A DNA stretch of 48,154 nucleotides from a virus (Duplodnaviria > Caudoviricetes), in the IMG/VR virus record IMGVR_UViG_3300022177_000052, positions 1 to 48,154 of that record, one strand, 5' to 3'. Below the pieces are notes generated by a model. It was not told where the DNA came from. It saw only the letters and a list, made by a program, of their open reading frames with translations, and made no database searches. Positions 1 to 9,952 of the stretch are shown piece after piece. The translations under genes were made by a program, and so were the position numbers. Numbering within the stretch: position 1 is the first letter of the stretch; each line of letters starts with the position of its first letter.

Positions 1-41
1 TCAAGTTTCAATCTCACTCTGGTTTCGATTGTAGTTTTCAT
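1..41 (-). CDS. 5' end of a divergent ORF running off the window (MKTTIETRVRLKL...), possibly the prophage repressor
   Basis: ATG at 41-39 on the minus strand, open to the edge; minus-strand -7 box TATTTTTG at 83-76; divergent from a Cro-like gene. An alternative reading is given in the findings. Confidence 0.4.
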   Translation of the reverse strand, partial: MKTTIETRVRLKL

Positions 42-117
42 AAGACATTGATAAGGAACAACTTGCTTTAACAGCCAAAAATATGGTTAGATATATTTTC
101 ATTTTTAGATACTTTTA

Positions 118-148
118 TTTGCACTTATAGAAACATTTATTACCTTTG
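118..148 (+). promoter_or_regulatory. Bacteroidetes housekeeping-sigma promoter for the early rightward operon
   Basis: TTTG (118-121), 19-bp spacer, TACCTTTG (141-148). Confidence 0.75.
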
Positions 149-221
149 CAGTACGATATGAAGGCAACAGAATGCCAATTCTGTGCAAATGATTAACAAA
201 AGTAATCAAAACTAACGCAAA

Positions 222-440
222 ATGCAAGTAAAAGTTTACCCGGCTGATGAAGTTAGACCGCAAAGGGGTCCAATTGCAGCCATTCTCAAACGACTAAACC
301 CGGGAGAGGCAGTGAATCTGCCAATGGAAAAACGCAATTCAATCCGTGCTGCAATAAGCCGGATGCACCGCAGAACCGCCTGTAAATACAGGACAGTTAA
401 AATTGATGATCTGGAGATCGCAATTATCCGTGAAAATTAA
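222..440 (+). CDS. Small basic DNA-binding protein (Cro/Xis-like position)
   Basis: 72-aa basic protein, first gene after the early promoter. Confidence 0.55.
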   Translation: MQVKVYPADEVRPQRGPIAAILKRLNPGEAVNLPMEKRNSIRAAISRMHRRTACKYRTVKIDDLEIAIIREN

Positions 441-464
441 TCCTAACCTTAAACAACAGCAACA

Positions 465-671
465 ATGAAAACAACAGCAGCAGGAGTTTGGCTATGTTTT
501 AGTTTCCTTGGGTTATCCGTTGGATTCCCGGAATCAGCCCCCCTCAAACCTCAATTTATTTACTACTCAGTGGTTTTTGCCAATATTCTGGCAAGCATGT
601 ACACTTACAACAGACTGGTGAATGGACAGAATAACAAGACTGGAGCAGACGCTAAAAATAGCGTTAGGTGA
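465..671 (+). CDS. Small membrane protein
   Basis: Two hydrophobic stretches; preceded by the CAACAGCAAC leader (454-463). Confidence 0.6.
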   Translation: MKTTAAGVWLCFSFLGLSVGFPESAPLKPQFIYYSVVFANILASMYTYNRLVNGQNNKTGADAKNSVR

Positions 672-777
672 ACTGGAATTGCTGAGGATTGAACACCAGA
701 CCGTTAAACGGCCCCCGGCAACTCCCCGGCAAAACCGAAAAGACAAATACAAGGCTCGGTTAGTAAACAGAAGTTAA
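622..777 (+). CDS. Hypothetical protein (51 aa)
   Basis: Hand-read ORF MDRITRLEQTLKIALGELELL..., co-oriented with the operon. Confidence 0.4.
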   Translation: MDRITRLEQTLKIALGELELLRIEHQTVKRPPATPRQNRKDKYKARLVNRS

Positions 778-891
778 GATAATGGCAAACCCTTATAAAG
801 CAATATTCCCGGAGCCCCTTACATGGGAGGAAAGGAGAGGCCCAAAGGTAGCCACACAAATAAATCATTATTCACTTAAACCCTTTTCAAA

Positions 892-1851
892 ATGAGTAAA
901 AAACTCGTCGAATTTAATTCGTCAATTCTGGCAGGATTGAAGCCAGTTGAAATTCCGGACCATGAATTTATCCGGGATAAATTTATCACCCTGTATAATT
1001 CAATCCACAGGAGCAATGAGGGGGAAATGGTTCACGCCCGGGAATCACATTTCTTTAAAAAACTGATTTCCGACACCCCGGCATTGCAGCAGTGTACAAA
1101 TCTGTCACTTTACACTGTGTTTATTGATATCGCTGTTAACGGCCTGTCATTGGAAACCGGAGGCAAACCCCTTGCTTATGTTACCCCCCGGAGCGTTAAT
1201 GTAGGGACAAAGGAGGGCGCAAAATGGGAAAAAAGGGCTACACTGGTCCCCTCCCCTTATGGTGAACTTTTCCTCAGGATACGATCAAGGCAAATAAGGT
1301 ATGCAGACAACCCGGTTGTCTGTTATGAAGGGGACACCTTTGAGCCCTACCTTGATGCTGAAGGGAACAAAAGGATTAACTACCGTGCTGTTATCCCACG
1401 CAAAAGCACCCGGATTGTTGGTTCATTCATTAAGATTACCAAAATTGACGGCACTATTGATTATGAGTTTCTGACTGAGGAAGACGTTGCCCGGTTCAAA
1501 ACGGCCTCAGAGAAAAACAACAAAAGGGGCAATACAGACGGCAAAGCAAATGATCTGTACACCTCAAACAACGGACAGATTGACCCGGGGTTCCTTGCCG
1601 GTAAGACAATCAAACATGCATTCCGGGCCTATCCAAAAGTAAGGGTTGCCGGTGCGGCCACAATGACTGAGGACCAGATTGAGCAGGAGTTTAACGCAAT
1701 GGCAGTTTATGGCCTGAATCCTGACAGCCCGGCCGTTCAGTCGGTTAAGCAGGAGCAAACAGCAGAGGATTTTGAGAATGAGGAATCCGTAAATATTGCT
1801 CCGGAGGCTCCGGCCACAGCACAAGTTGAAGCCAATTCAGAAACCTTTTAA
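892..1851 (+). CDS. RecT/Redbeta-like ssDNA annealing recombinase
   Basis: RecT-like features (LQQCTNLSL, GLSL, AYVTP, YGEL, VCYEGDTF, KTIKHAFRAYPK), acidic C-terminal tail, next to an exonuclease. Confidence 0.75.
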   Translation: MSKKLVEFNSSILAGLKPVEIPDHEFIRDKFITLYNSIHRSNEGEMVHARESHFFKKLISDTPALQQCTNLSLYTVFIDIAVNGLSLETGGKPLAYVTPRSVNVGTKEGAKWEKRATLVPSPYGELFLRIRSRQIRYADNPVVCYEGDTFEPYLDAEGNKRINYRAVIPRKSTRIVGSFIKITKIDGTIDYEFLTEEDVARFKTASEKNNKRGNTDGKANDLYTSNNGQIDPGFLAGKTIKHAFRAYPKVRVAGAATMTEDQIEQEFNAMAVYGLNPDSPAVQSVKQEQTAEDFENEESVNIAPEAPATAQVEANSETF

Positions 1852-1862
1852 CAACAGCAACA

Positions 1863-3077
1863 ATGAACACAGAGAACGCAATGGTGCCGGCTACCAGTAG
1901 CACAGCCGTAGAACTCCCTGCAAACTTGCAGGAAATTATGGGTAATGCCTCAAACATTCTGAATGACAACCGGGCCCGGGTCCAGAGAGCCAAAGAAGCA
2001 GGACAAGCCCTGTTGGAGCGTATGGAGGCCGGGATGGATGAATCAGTTTACAATCAGGGGTTGGAATTTCTGTCGAAAATCCGGAAAACTATTACCCTGA
2101 TGAATGAAACCCGGAAACCGGTCACTCAGATCATTGGAGAGGTCAGCAAAATGTTTACAGGACTGGAGGCCGACATTGACCCAAAGGGTAAAACCACAAT
2201 CCCGGGAGCAATTCAGGTGAAACTTGATGCATTCGCAGCAGAGTTGGCCCGGAGAAAAGCAGAGGAAGAACGGTTGGCAGCCCTGAAACTGGCAAAGGAA
2301 AAGGCAAAAATTGAGGTCCGGGCCGATTTTGAGGTAAAACTAAATCAGCACTTTGTTTCCTACATGCAGTCGGAAATTGATGCACTGAACCGCTATTGGT
2401 CCGGGGTGACACTGGAAACCTTTGATGAAGTTACTAATGAAATCCTGAATTTCAATATAGACTTAAATGAGAATGCGTTACGGAATATCAAATATTCTGC
2501 AAACACCCTACATGTCACCCCGGCAGAGGTAACGGAAATCATGGAGGCAGTCATTACTGAGAAATTCCCGGATTTCCGGAATAAGTACCGGGAGGCTGTC
2601 CACCAAAGGAGGGATGAAATAACGCTTGTATTCAATTCCCGGAAACTGGAGTTGAAGGAAATTGCCTCAGCAAGTGAAGCGGAGGCCCTGAGGTTGCGGC
2701 AAATTGCAGAGGAAAGGGAAAGGGCTGAACAAGCGGAAACCCTCCGTAAATCGCAGGAAATGTTGGATAAAGCCAATGCACAAACTGAGGTTGCCAAAAA
2801 TACAGCAGCCGTTGAAACACTTTTCGACATTGCCGCCACTGTTGCAACCCCGGCCGTGAAAATCAAGGAGCAAATTTCAATCAATGTTAACGGTCCAGCA
2901 GGTTGGATGGCGGTACTGGCATTCTACTTTGAAAAGGAAGCCAAAGGAATGACCTCGGACCAACTGGAAAAGAAGTTTGGTTTTGCCCGGAAGTTCGCAG
3001 AATCCTACTTTGACAAGCATGGTGAGGAAATCAAGTCGCCTTATTTGACTTACACCAAAACAGCAAAGGCAAAATAA
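1863..3077 (+). CDS. Coiled-coil phage protein
   Basis: 404-aa helical protein between recombinase and exonuclease; leader motif at 1852-1861. Confidence 0.6.
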   Translation: MNTENAMVPATSSTAVELPANLQEIMGNASNILNDNRARVQRAKEAGQALLERMEAGMDESVYNQGLEFLSKIRKTITLMNETRKPVTQIIGEVSKMFTGLEADIDPKGKTTIPGAIQVKLDAFAAELARRKAEEERLAALKLAKEKAKIEVRADFEVKLNQHFVSYMQSEIDALNRYWSGVTLETFDEVTNEILNFNIDLNENALRNIKYSANTLHVTPAEVTEIMEAVITEKFPDFRNKYREAVHQRRDEITLVFNSRKLELKEIASASEAEALRLRQIAEERERAEQAETLRKSQEMLDKANAQTEVAKNTAAVETLFDIAATVATPAVKIKEQISINVNGPAGWMAVLAFYFEKEAKGMTSDQLEKKFGFARKFAESYFDKHGEEIKSPYLTYTKTAKAK

Positions 3078-3712
3078 TGGACCTGTATTATAGCAGACCG
3101 GAAGTATCAAACTCGGACCTGTCGGCACTGGATGATTATTTCAAAGGTGCCGATGGAGCCGACCCAAACCGGGAAAATGCGTACCGCTTGGGTGGTTTGA
3201 TTGATGCCATGATTACGGAGCCGGAAAAGGTAAACCACTACAAACTGACTTTTGGGGATACCGTTTGCACAAGGGAGGAGTTTGAGTTGGCTAAGGAAAT
3301 GCGAAAGGCATTTATGAGGGACCAGTTTGCAGTTGGATTGCTGAAGGCCTCCGTACCTCAAAAAGTGTTTGCTGATGAAGTAAATCTTACCTATGGAGAT
3401 TTCCCCTTTTCCTTGTGGATGCGCTGTAAATATGACCTGTGGGCCCCTCCCGGAATAATCGGGGGGGACCTCAAAAGCACAACAGCGACCACGCAAGCGC
3501 AGTTTGAGGATGCAATCAGGCATTTCAGCTATGACCGTCAAAGGGCTGTTTATATGACCCTATCTGGAGCCAAAAAGGATGTACTTATTGGCGTATCAAA
3601 GAAAAATTTCAAGGTTTTTAAAGTATTCATTGACCGGGAGAGCGAGTTGTTTAAATCCGGTATGGAGAAATTCACAGACCTTGCTTTTAAATGGTGGACT
3701 TTATTTTGTTAA
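3077..3712 (+). CDS. PD-(D/E)XK exonuclease (RecE/exonuclease VIII-like)
   Basis: YY..PEVSNSDL, RCKYD...DLKST and YDRQRAVY motifs. Confidence 0.8.
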   Translation: MDLYYSRPEVSNSDLSALDDYFKGADGADPNRENAYRLGGLIDAMITEPEKVNHYKLTFGDTVCTREEFELAKEMRKAFMRDQFAVGLLKASVPQKVFADEVNLTYGDFPFSLWMRCKYDLWAPPGIIGGDLKSTTATTQAQFEDAIRHFSYDRQRAVYMTLSGAKKDVLIGVSKKNFKVFKVFIDRESELFKSGMEKFTDLAFKWWTLFC

Positions 3713-3726
3713 ACAAACTTTCAAAA

Positions 3727-4155
3727 ATGGAAAAACAATTATTTGCTGAAATGCCCCCAAAAGGGCGGTTGGAAATGCTCCGGGACAATGCCGATGCAAT
3801 TGAGGAAATTGGTTACATGAAATCGTTCAGCCCTGAGTTGCTTGACGGCATGAAGGATGAACTGGTTCACTCAACTATTGCACTGACAGAACTGGAGCAG
3901 GAGTTAAAGACTATTCAGGAGGACTATAAAAACCGTATGGCCCCACTGAAAAAGGCCGTTGCCCTGAATGCTAAGTACCTGAAAGAAAAGGCAGAATACA
4001 TTAAGGAGCCCTGTTTCAAAATGGTTGACCATGCAGCCGGAGAGGTTGGTTATTACAATGGCGAAGGGGAGTTAATCCTTTCACGCCCGGCCAAACCAGA
4101 GGAAGCACAACGGACAATCCTGAGTATGAACAGGTCAACAGGAACCGATTATTAA
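3727..4155 (+). CDS. Conserved phage hypothetical protein (coiled coil)
   Basis: ORF track; in-frame ATG at 3727 preferred. Confidence 0.65.
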   Translation: MEKQLFAEMPPKGRLEMLRDNADAIEEIGYMKSFSPELLDGMKDELVHSTIALTELEQELKTIQEDYKNRMAPLKKAVALNAKYLKEKAEYIKEPCFKMVDHAAGEVGYYNGEGELILSRPAKPEEAQRTILSMNRSTGTDY

Positions 4156-4176
4156 CCCTTAACAACCAGTAAGAAA

Positions 4177-4875
4177 ATGGAAACACCAAAATTCAAATTT
4201 GAGGCCCCGGGAGTATATCACATTTACGAAGGCAAAGCATTCGACCAGAAACCGCCAGTACCCTTGATTGTGAACGGTTTGATTACGGCCCCGGCTGATT
4301 TCTTAATCAAGCGAAGCCCGGCCCCGGGAAATACGATTGTTAAGCACAACCTGACAGCCGGCAGGATTGAGTTACTGATTGATGAAAACAGCCCTTATGC
4401 TACAAAGATCACCGGTGAAGTTCGTAAGAACCCGAAATTCACAGCATGGGGTATCAATGAGAACAGGGAGTATAACACCTTTGAGTTGGCTGACAAGATC
4501 AAAATGAACCGGCATTTATTTAGCAAGGTAGAGGTTGCCATGAAACTGGTCACGGAGTTGAAAAATTTCAAGATGAAACTTGACCGTGAGTTGGAAGCCT
4601 CAAACAATAACCGGGGCACAACCAAAGCGATGGTTGCTCAGACAATCAAGGAAAACAATATTCCGGAATCGTTTTCAATCCGGATGGCTGTATTTGAGAA
4701 TGAACCCCCGGCAGAAATCAAGGTTGAGATATACATTGATGCCAACACAATGCTGTGCCAGTTAGTTTCCCCCGATCTGGAGGCATACATTGAGCAATAC
4801 ACCGAAAGCGCAGTTAACACGCAGTTGGCCCGGATAATTGAATTTAATCCCGCAATTCCTGTGTTGGCTGTCTAA
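4177..4875 (+). CDS. Phage hypothetical protein (weak resemblance to DUF2303/YfdQ)
   Basis: 232-aa ORF; IPESFSIRMAVFEN segment; paired with the upstream small gene. Confidence 0.5.
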   Translation: METPKFKFEAPGVYHIYEGKAFDQKPPVPLIVNGLITAPADFLIKRSPAPGNTIVKHNLTAGRIELLIDENSPYATKITGEVRKNPKFTAWGINENREYNTFELADKIKMNRHLFSKVEVAMKLVTELKNFKMKLDRELEASNNNRGTTKAMVAQTIKENNIPESFSIRMAVFENEPPAEIKVEIYIDANTMLCQLVSPDLEAYIEQYTESAVNTQLARIIEFNPAIPVLAV

Positions 4876-4893
4876 GCCCCCTCCCCTTTTGAA

Positions 4894-4930
4894 TTGCCAT
4901 AGTGGTATAAAAAAATTACCACTATGGTAA
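4894..4930. promoter_or_regulatory. Two palindromic operator sites TTRCCA-N3-TGGTAW upstream of the helicase promoter
   Basis: TTGCCATAGTGGTAT 4894-4908 and TTACCACTATGGTAA 4916-4930; -7 box TACATTTG at 4950-4957. Confidence 0.65.
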
Positions 4931-5000
4931 TTTCAAAGACTTAAAAACTTACATTTGCAACAGACCTACACAACAGCAACAACCAGTAAAACAGTTATTT

Positions 5001-6668
5001 ATGACAATTAAAGAACAAGGAAGGGACTTTATAATCAAGTTCACTTTTAATCCCCGGCTTGTCAATGCGGTCAAAGCACTCCCCGAAAGGAGGTTTAACT
5101 ACCATGACAAATCTTGGTCTGTGCCGATTGAGCACCGGGAGGAGATTGAAAAGTTTGCCCGGAGGTATAATTTCGACATTTCAGGAAAGCCGGAAATGGT
5201 TGTACCAGAATTACCCCCTTTGCCGGATTTAGGTATTCATATACCCCTGAAAAGGCCCCTATATCCATACCAGAGGCAGGGCGTTGCCTATGCAATTCAA
5301 AAGAAAAGGCTGATAATCGGGGACCAACCGGGGTTAGGGAAAACAGGACAGGCAATTGCCGCCCTTATTGGTGGGGAGGTAAATGGAGAAAAGGCATTCC
5401 CGGCCCTTGTCATTTGCCCGAGTTCGCTGAAAATAAACTGGCAAAGGGAGTTTGCCTTGTGGTCCGACAAAAGGGCAATAATCCTCAATGACAAGGTAAA
5501 AACTTCGTGGCCGCTTTACCTATCCTCCGGGATGGCTGATGTGGTGATTGTCAATTATGAAAGCCTCCGGAAGTATTTCATTCAGGAGATAATGATGGCA
5601 ACGGATGGCAGTTTCAGACTGAAGGACATAACATTCCGGAACTCTATAACAGCATTCAAATCGGTGATAATTGACGAAAGCCACAGGGTCCGGAATACCG
5701 GAACTCAGATTGCAAAATTCGTCAAGGGAGTTTGCATTGGGAAGGATTATGTAATTGCATTGACCGGAACCCCTGTTATAAATAAGCCAAAGGACCTGAT
5801 TAGCCAGTTGGGTATCATTAACCGGCTGAATGAACTCGGGGGATGGAAAGGCTTTGTTACCCGGTATTGCTCCGGGGAAACAGAGGCAAGCAACCTGAAG
5901 GAGTTGAATTACAAGCTGTCAACAACCTGTTTTGTAAGGAGGGATAAAAAGGACGTGCTGAAGGACCTCCCGGACAAAATCCGGCAGGAGGTAATTTGTG
6001 AGATTGACAACAGGAAGGAGTACACTGAGGCTGAAAATGACCTGATAAACTACCTTGTTAAATGGAAAAATGCCACGGATGAACAAATTGAAAAGGCAAT
6101 CCGGGGGGAGGTCATGGTAAGGATTAACATACTGAAAAATATTTCAGCCCGGGGCAAAATAAATGACGTGTGCGAGTACATTGATGATATCCTTGAATCC
6201 GGGGAAAAATTGGTCCTTTTTGGACACTTGCAGGAAGTTTTGAAGAAGATTGCCGGCAAATATGGCCCCCGGGCTGTGATGATCACCGGGGAGGTTTCAC
6301 AGAAGGACCGGCAGCATAATGTGGACCGATTCCAGAAGGACCCTGAATGCCAGTTGGCAGTTTGCTCAATCAAGGCAGCAGGAGTTGGATTGACCTTGAC
6401 AGCAAGTTCCCGGGTTGCCTTCATTGAACAATGGTGGACAGCAGCAGACCACGATCAGGCAGAGGACCGGGTTCACAGAATTGGTCAAAAAGACAGCGTT
6501 ACGGCAACCTATTTCCTTGGTCGGGATACCATTGACGAAAAGGTTCATGAAATTGTGGAAAGCAAAAGGGGAATAGCCAAACAAGTGACCGGGAGCAATG
6601 AAGAAATTCCGGTTGACACCCTGAGGGCGTTTGCAGAATTGATGCTAAAAAACAGATCAAATGGGTAG
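5001..6668 (+). CDS. SNF2-family helicase with N-terminal HARP-like domain (SMARCAL1-like annealing helicase)
   Basis: DQPGLGKT, DESH, LTGTP, GVGLTLT and QAEDRVHRIGQ motifs. Confidence 0.92.
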   Translation: MTIKEQGRDFIIKFTFNPRLVNAVKALPERRFNYHDKSWSVPIEHREEIEKFARRYNFDISGKPEMVVPELPPLPDLGIHIPLKRPLYPYQRQGVAYAIQKKRLIIGDQPGLGKTGQAIAALIGGEVNGEKAFPALVICPSSLKINWQREFALWSDKRAIILNDKVKTSWPLYLSSGMADVVIVNYESLRKYFIQEIMMATDGSFRLKDITFRNSITAFKSVIIDESHRVRNTGTQIAKFVKGVCIGKDYVIALTGTPVINKPKDLISQLGIINRLNELGGWKGFVTRYCSGETEASNLKELNYKLSTTCFVRRDKKDVLKDLPDKIRQEVICEIDNRKEYTEAENDLINYLVKWKNATDEQIEKAIRGEVMVRINILKNISARGKINDVCEYIDDILESGEKLVLFGHLQEVLKKIAGKYGPRAVMITGEVSQKDRQHNVDRFQKDPECQLAVCSIKAAGVGLTLTASSRVAFIEQWWTAADHDQAEDRVHRIGQKDSVTATYFLGRDTIDEKVHEIVESKRGIAKQVTGSNEEIPVDTLRAFAELMLKNRSNG

Positions 6669-7551
6669 GATTGACAAAAATAATGCAGACTATTTCCCCC
6701 ACCTGACAACCATGCGTAACCACAGAAAGGTTAAAATGATACGCAACAGGTTCGGGGCTGTATTGGGGTATGCATTCTGGTCCATGTTACTGGAATACCT
6801 GACAGAACAGGATGGTAATGAGTTCGAGTGGTCTGACAACGAAATTGAAATGTTTGCGGCTGAGTTAGGGATTGATCAGGGCAAGGCAAAGGAACTATTT
6901 GAATATTGCATTCAAAAGGAATTGTTGTTCGTCCGGGATGGATTCATACACAGCCAGTCACTTGACATCTACCTTGCACCGGTTTACGCTAAAAGGCAAT
7001 ACAATAAGGTCAGGGCCTCAGAAGCAAGGCAACGCAAAAACAGCGCAAAGGAAAGCCCGACAACAACCCCGGAGCCAAAACAGGACCCCAAAGCCCCGGA
7101 GGTTAAGCCACAGCCCCAGACACCTCAAAACAATACACCGGCCCCGGATTCCACGAAAGCCCCGGAAACGGCCCCGGAGGAGGTTATTGAGGTAGAAGTT
7201 ATTGAGGATGGAGAGCAAAAGCCCGAAACGCCTGTAATTCTATTCCCAAAAGGTGGTAAAAAGAAGCCCGGGCCGCCAAAAATACAGTTTGCGGAAAACG
7301 TAAAAATGACTGAAGCGGAATACTGTATCCTGGTCAGTGATCATGGTGAGGGCGCAACCCGGAGAATGATTGAAATACTGGATAATTACAAGGGCTCAAA
7401 GGGAGTAACCTATAAATCAGATTACAGGGCCATACTCAGTTGGGTTATTGATAGGTATAACAAAGAACAAAACAATGGCAACAACGTCAAAAGCCTTGCA
7501 GACAAGGCCAAAACAGCAGACAGCCTTATTAATTCAATGTTCAGCAAATAA
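6661..7551 (+). CDS. Phage replication initiator / replisome organizer (DUF4373-like N-terminus)
   Basis: DYFPH...RNHRKVKMIRNRFG..GYAFW N-terminus, Pro/Glu linker, C-terminal YKSDYRAILSWV. Confidence 0.75.
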   Translation: MGRIDKNNADYFPHLTTMRNHRKVKMIRNRFGAVLGYAFWSMLLEYLTEQDGNEFEWSDNEIEMFAAELGIDQGKAKELFEYCIQKELLFVRDGFIHSQSLDIYLAPVYAKRQYNKVRASEARQRKNSAKESPTTTPEPKQDPKAPEVKPQPQTPQNNTPAPDSTKAPETAPEEVIEVEVIEDGEQKPETPVILFPKGGKKKPGPPKIQFAENVKMTEAEYCILVSDHGEGATRRMIEILDNYKGSKGVTYKSDYRAILSWVIDRYNKEQNNGNNVKSLADKAKTADSLINSMFSK

Positions 7552-8191
7552 GGACATTAGTGAGTTGATGATTGCAGAAAAAGGGTTGACATTGGACCTT
7601 GCAATCAAATCCACACAAGTTCAGGCATTAGTTAAACAGCTTGGAGAAAGGGACCTTTTGAAAGCTGTGACCGGAGCAATAATATTGGCCGGGGAATATT
7701 TCAACGTAAAAGGAGGCATATCAGAAACTCAGGCTGTGCAGACAGCAGCCCTGTGGATTGAGCAGTACCCGATGGAAACATTTGAGGACCTGTTGTTGTG
7801 CTTGAAAAATGCCAAACTCGGGAAATATGGTACCGTGTACAACCGGATTGACGGCCAGACAATATTTGAGTGGTTCCGTAATTATCTGGATGAGAAATAT
7901 GAACGGTTTGAGCAAATAAAGAAACAGGAAAAACTGGATGCTCAGAACGATGCTGATGTATTTGTTGGCCTTGCCGCCAAAGTGTTGGCAAGCAAAGCAG
8001 CCCCCGGGCCCTCCCCTGAACGCATGACGTATGAAACACATTTCCGGAAATTCAAGGAAATGCTATGTGGATTGACTGAAGCGGAATTGAAGGAGGCAAA
8101 GGAGTATTACACCAAAAAGGACAAACAGACTTTTAACCATGGGTTTCAGGAATATATTGACGCAATTGATGAAGCCCTTAAACTTTTTTGA
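7475..8191 (+). CDS. Replication-associated protein (helicase-loader position)
   Basis: Overlaps the initiator; GKYG.VYNRIDGQTIFEWFRNY segment. Confidence 0.55.
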   Translation: MATTSKALQTRPKQQTALLIQCSANKDISELMIAEKGLTLDLAIKSTQVQALVKQLGERDLLKAVTGAIILAGEYFNVKGGISETQAVQTAALWIEQYPMETFEDLLLCLKNAKLGKYGTVYNRIDGQTIFEWFRNYLDEKYERFEQIKKQEKLDAQNDADVFVGLAAKVLASKAAPGPSPERMTYETHFRKFKEMLCGLTEAELKEAKEYYTKKDKQTFNHGFQEYIDAIDEALKLF

Positions 8192-8192
8192 T

Positions 8193-8414
8193 ATGAACCA
8201 GTGGGTACTTGACCAAAAGGCCAAACTTGCCGTTGCAGAGAAAAAACGGTCTGCAATACACAAAAAGATTGAGGCCGCCACAACCCCGGAGGAGTTTGTA
8301 AAACTGTGCTCAGAACTAACCTCCATTGACCTGAAAATTGATGCACTCCGGGCACGGATAAAGGGGAAGTGGGGAGTAACCGGGCCGGAAACCTTCACAA
8401 TGAATACTCAATGA
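8193..8414 (+). CDS. Hypothetical protein
   Basis: ORF tightly coupled to its neighbours. Confidence 0.55.
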   Translation: MNQWVLDQKAKLAVAEKKRSAIHKKIEAATTPEEFVKLCSELTSIDLKIDALRARIKGKWGVTGPETFTMNTQ

Positions 8415-8815
8415 CTACCTGTAAAATATGCGGCAAAGTGTTAACGGACCCGATTTCCGTTACCCTTGAAATAGGGCCTATTTGTCGAATGAAAGGTAAA
8501 GAAAAGGAAAGCAAAATGAAAAACGGAAATCTATTCAGCAACAGATCAGAGTTCACTTATGGAGTGACTGGAAACATACTTTGGATTCGTGACCTCGGGG
8601 GAATGAAATCTGTGACTAATGACATTGAGGCTGTCATTGATGATATCCTGAAGGATATTGCCATTGAGGGGAAAAAGATCATGTACCGGGACAGCATGGG
8701 TATTTGGGATGAAGTCCGGGCCGATGTTTCAACCGGGAGGGCCAGAAACGTGTCTTTTCACAGCATTGGCGAAAGGGACATGAATAAGGCATTGCACGTA
8801 ATTCAACACAGATAA
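8411..8815 (+). CDS. DUF6011-like zinc-binding domain protein
   Basis: CKICGKVLTDPIS...IGPIC; ATGA overlap with the upstream gene. Confidence 0.7.
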   Translation: MTTCKICGKVLTDPISVTLEIGPICRMKGKEKESKMKNGNLFSNRSEFTYGVTGNILWIRDLGGMKSVTNDIEAVIDDILKDIAIEGKKIMYRDSMGIWDEVRADVSTGRARNVSFHSIGERDMNKALHVIQHR

Positions 8816-8838
8816 AAACCTAAAAACAACAGCAACAA

Positions 8839-9102
8839 ATGACACTACACGAGTACAAAAACCAGATCGAGCCCAAAAGACAACCGGCGTTTTCAGTGGT
8901 TGTAAAACGTTCAGAATGTGAATCTATCCACAAAACGAAATCCGGGGAATTGGTAACACTTCATTTCAAATACAAACACATTGACAAGGAGTATTTCAAT
9001 TATTTCGTCCCGGAAGGTGAAACCGGATTCTGGACAACAGACGATCATGGAAACAAACAACACGCTTCAGTTTTCAGATTTGAGAGGGAAAGCAATGGCT
9101 AA
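8839..9102 (+). CDS. Hypothetical protein
   Basis: Leader motif at 8827-8836 before the ATG. Confidence 0.65.
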   Translation: MTLHEYKNQIEPKRQPAFSVVVKRSECESIHKTKSGELVTLHFKYKHIDKEYFNYFVPEGETGFWTTDDHGNKQHASVFRFERESNG

Positions 9103-9391
9103 AAAACAATCCAGTTTATTCCCGGAGGAAACCGGAGGCCCAAATTGTCCAGTGACCTGTCCAAAATGCAGTATGCCACTGGAGGAGGAAACAACCGTTT
9201 GTTGGATGTGCAGTGAACCGATTATTACAAAGATATCGGAGGAGCAAAAGCAGCAGTTGACAAATGCTTGCCTGAAGGATATTGTTAAGCTGTGCAACCG
9301 GACAACCCCCGGGAATACCTCCCATAATATTGCCGCTATCCGGGCAATGGCGTTACAAACATTAAGCATTTTGAGCAATGATTCAAAGTAG
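9095..9391 (+). CDS. Hypothetical zinc-ribbon protein
   Basis: CPKC...CWMC. Confidence 0.55.
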   Translation: MAKKQSSLFPEETGGPNCPVTCPKCSMPLEEETTVCWMCSEPIITKISEEQKQQLTNACLKDIVKLCNRTTPGNTSHNIAAIRAMALQTLSILSNDSK

Positions 9392-9800
9392 CCTTGAATA
9401 CAGATTTTGGTACCGGATTATTGTGAAACAGAAACCGGGTGACTATCCTATAATTGAGGACCTGAGTTGGTCCGGATTGCCGTTCCATACCAGAATGAAA
9501 TTTAACTGGTATTTCCGTTACCGGGCCGCCCTGCTGCAAGTGAAATATCCCAAACATGAGGTTATGCAGCATTGGGGAAAGGAGGAACCAACCGAACAAC
9601 AAAAGGCTGACAGCCTCAGGAATAAGATCAGAGCCAAAAGGGGAAAGATCACAGAAATACAGCGCAAGTTAGCGATGGCCCGGGACAAGTGGGCTGAAAT
9701 ATTCCCAATTGAGGAGGATACGTTGTACCTGAGGGCCGTTGAGAAACTGAACCGGCTGAAACGTGAATTGAAGGAAATGGAGGAAGCTGTATGCCAGTAG
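9378..9800 (+). CDS. Hypothetical phage protein
   Basis: ORF track; overlaps its neighbours. Confidence 0.65.
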   Translation: MIQSSLEYRFWYRIIVKQKPGDYPIIEDLSWSGLPFHTRMKFNWYFRYRAALLQVKYPKHEVMQHWGKEEPTEQQKADSLRNKIRAKRGKITEIQRKLAMARDKWAEIFPIEEDTLYLRAVEKLNRLKRELKEMEEAVCQ

Positions 9801-9952
9801 ATTACAAGGAATATCCGGAAAACTGGTTCACTGAAATCAGACCGGTAGTATTGGCCCGGGATGGCAACAAATGTGCGTTTTGCGGAGCCCCAAACCACGC
9901 AATCATTTACAGGGAGAAAAACAAGCCCGGGATTAAGGAGGAGTTGCCATGA
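9791..9952 (+). pseudogene. Truncated HNH endonuclease N-terminus
   Basis: MPVDYKEYPENWFTEIRPVVLARDGNKCAFCG then stop at 53 aa; no HNH core. Confidence 0.55.
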
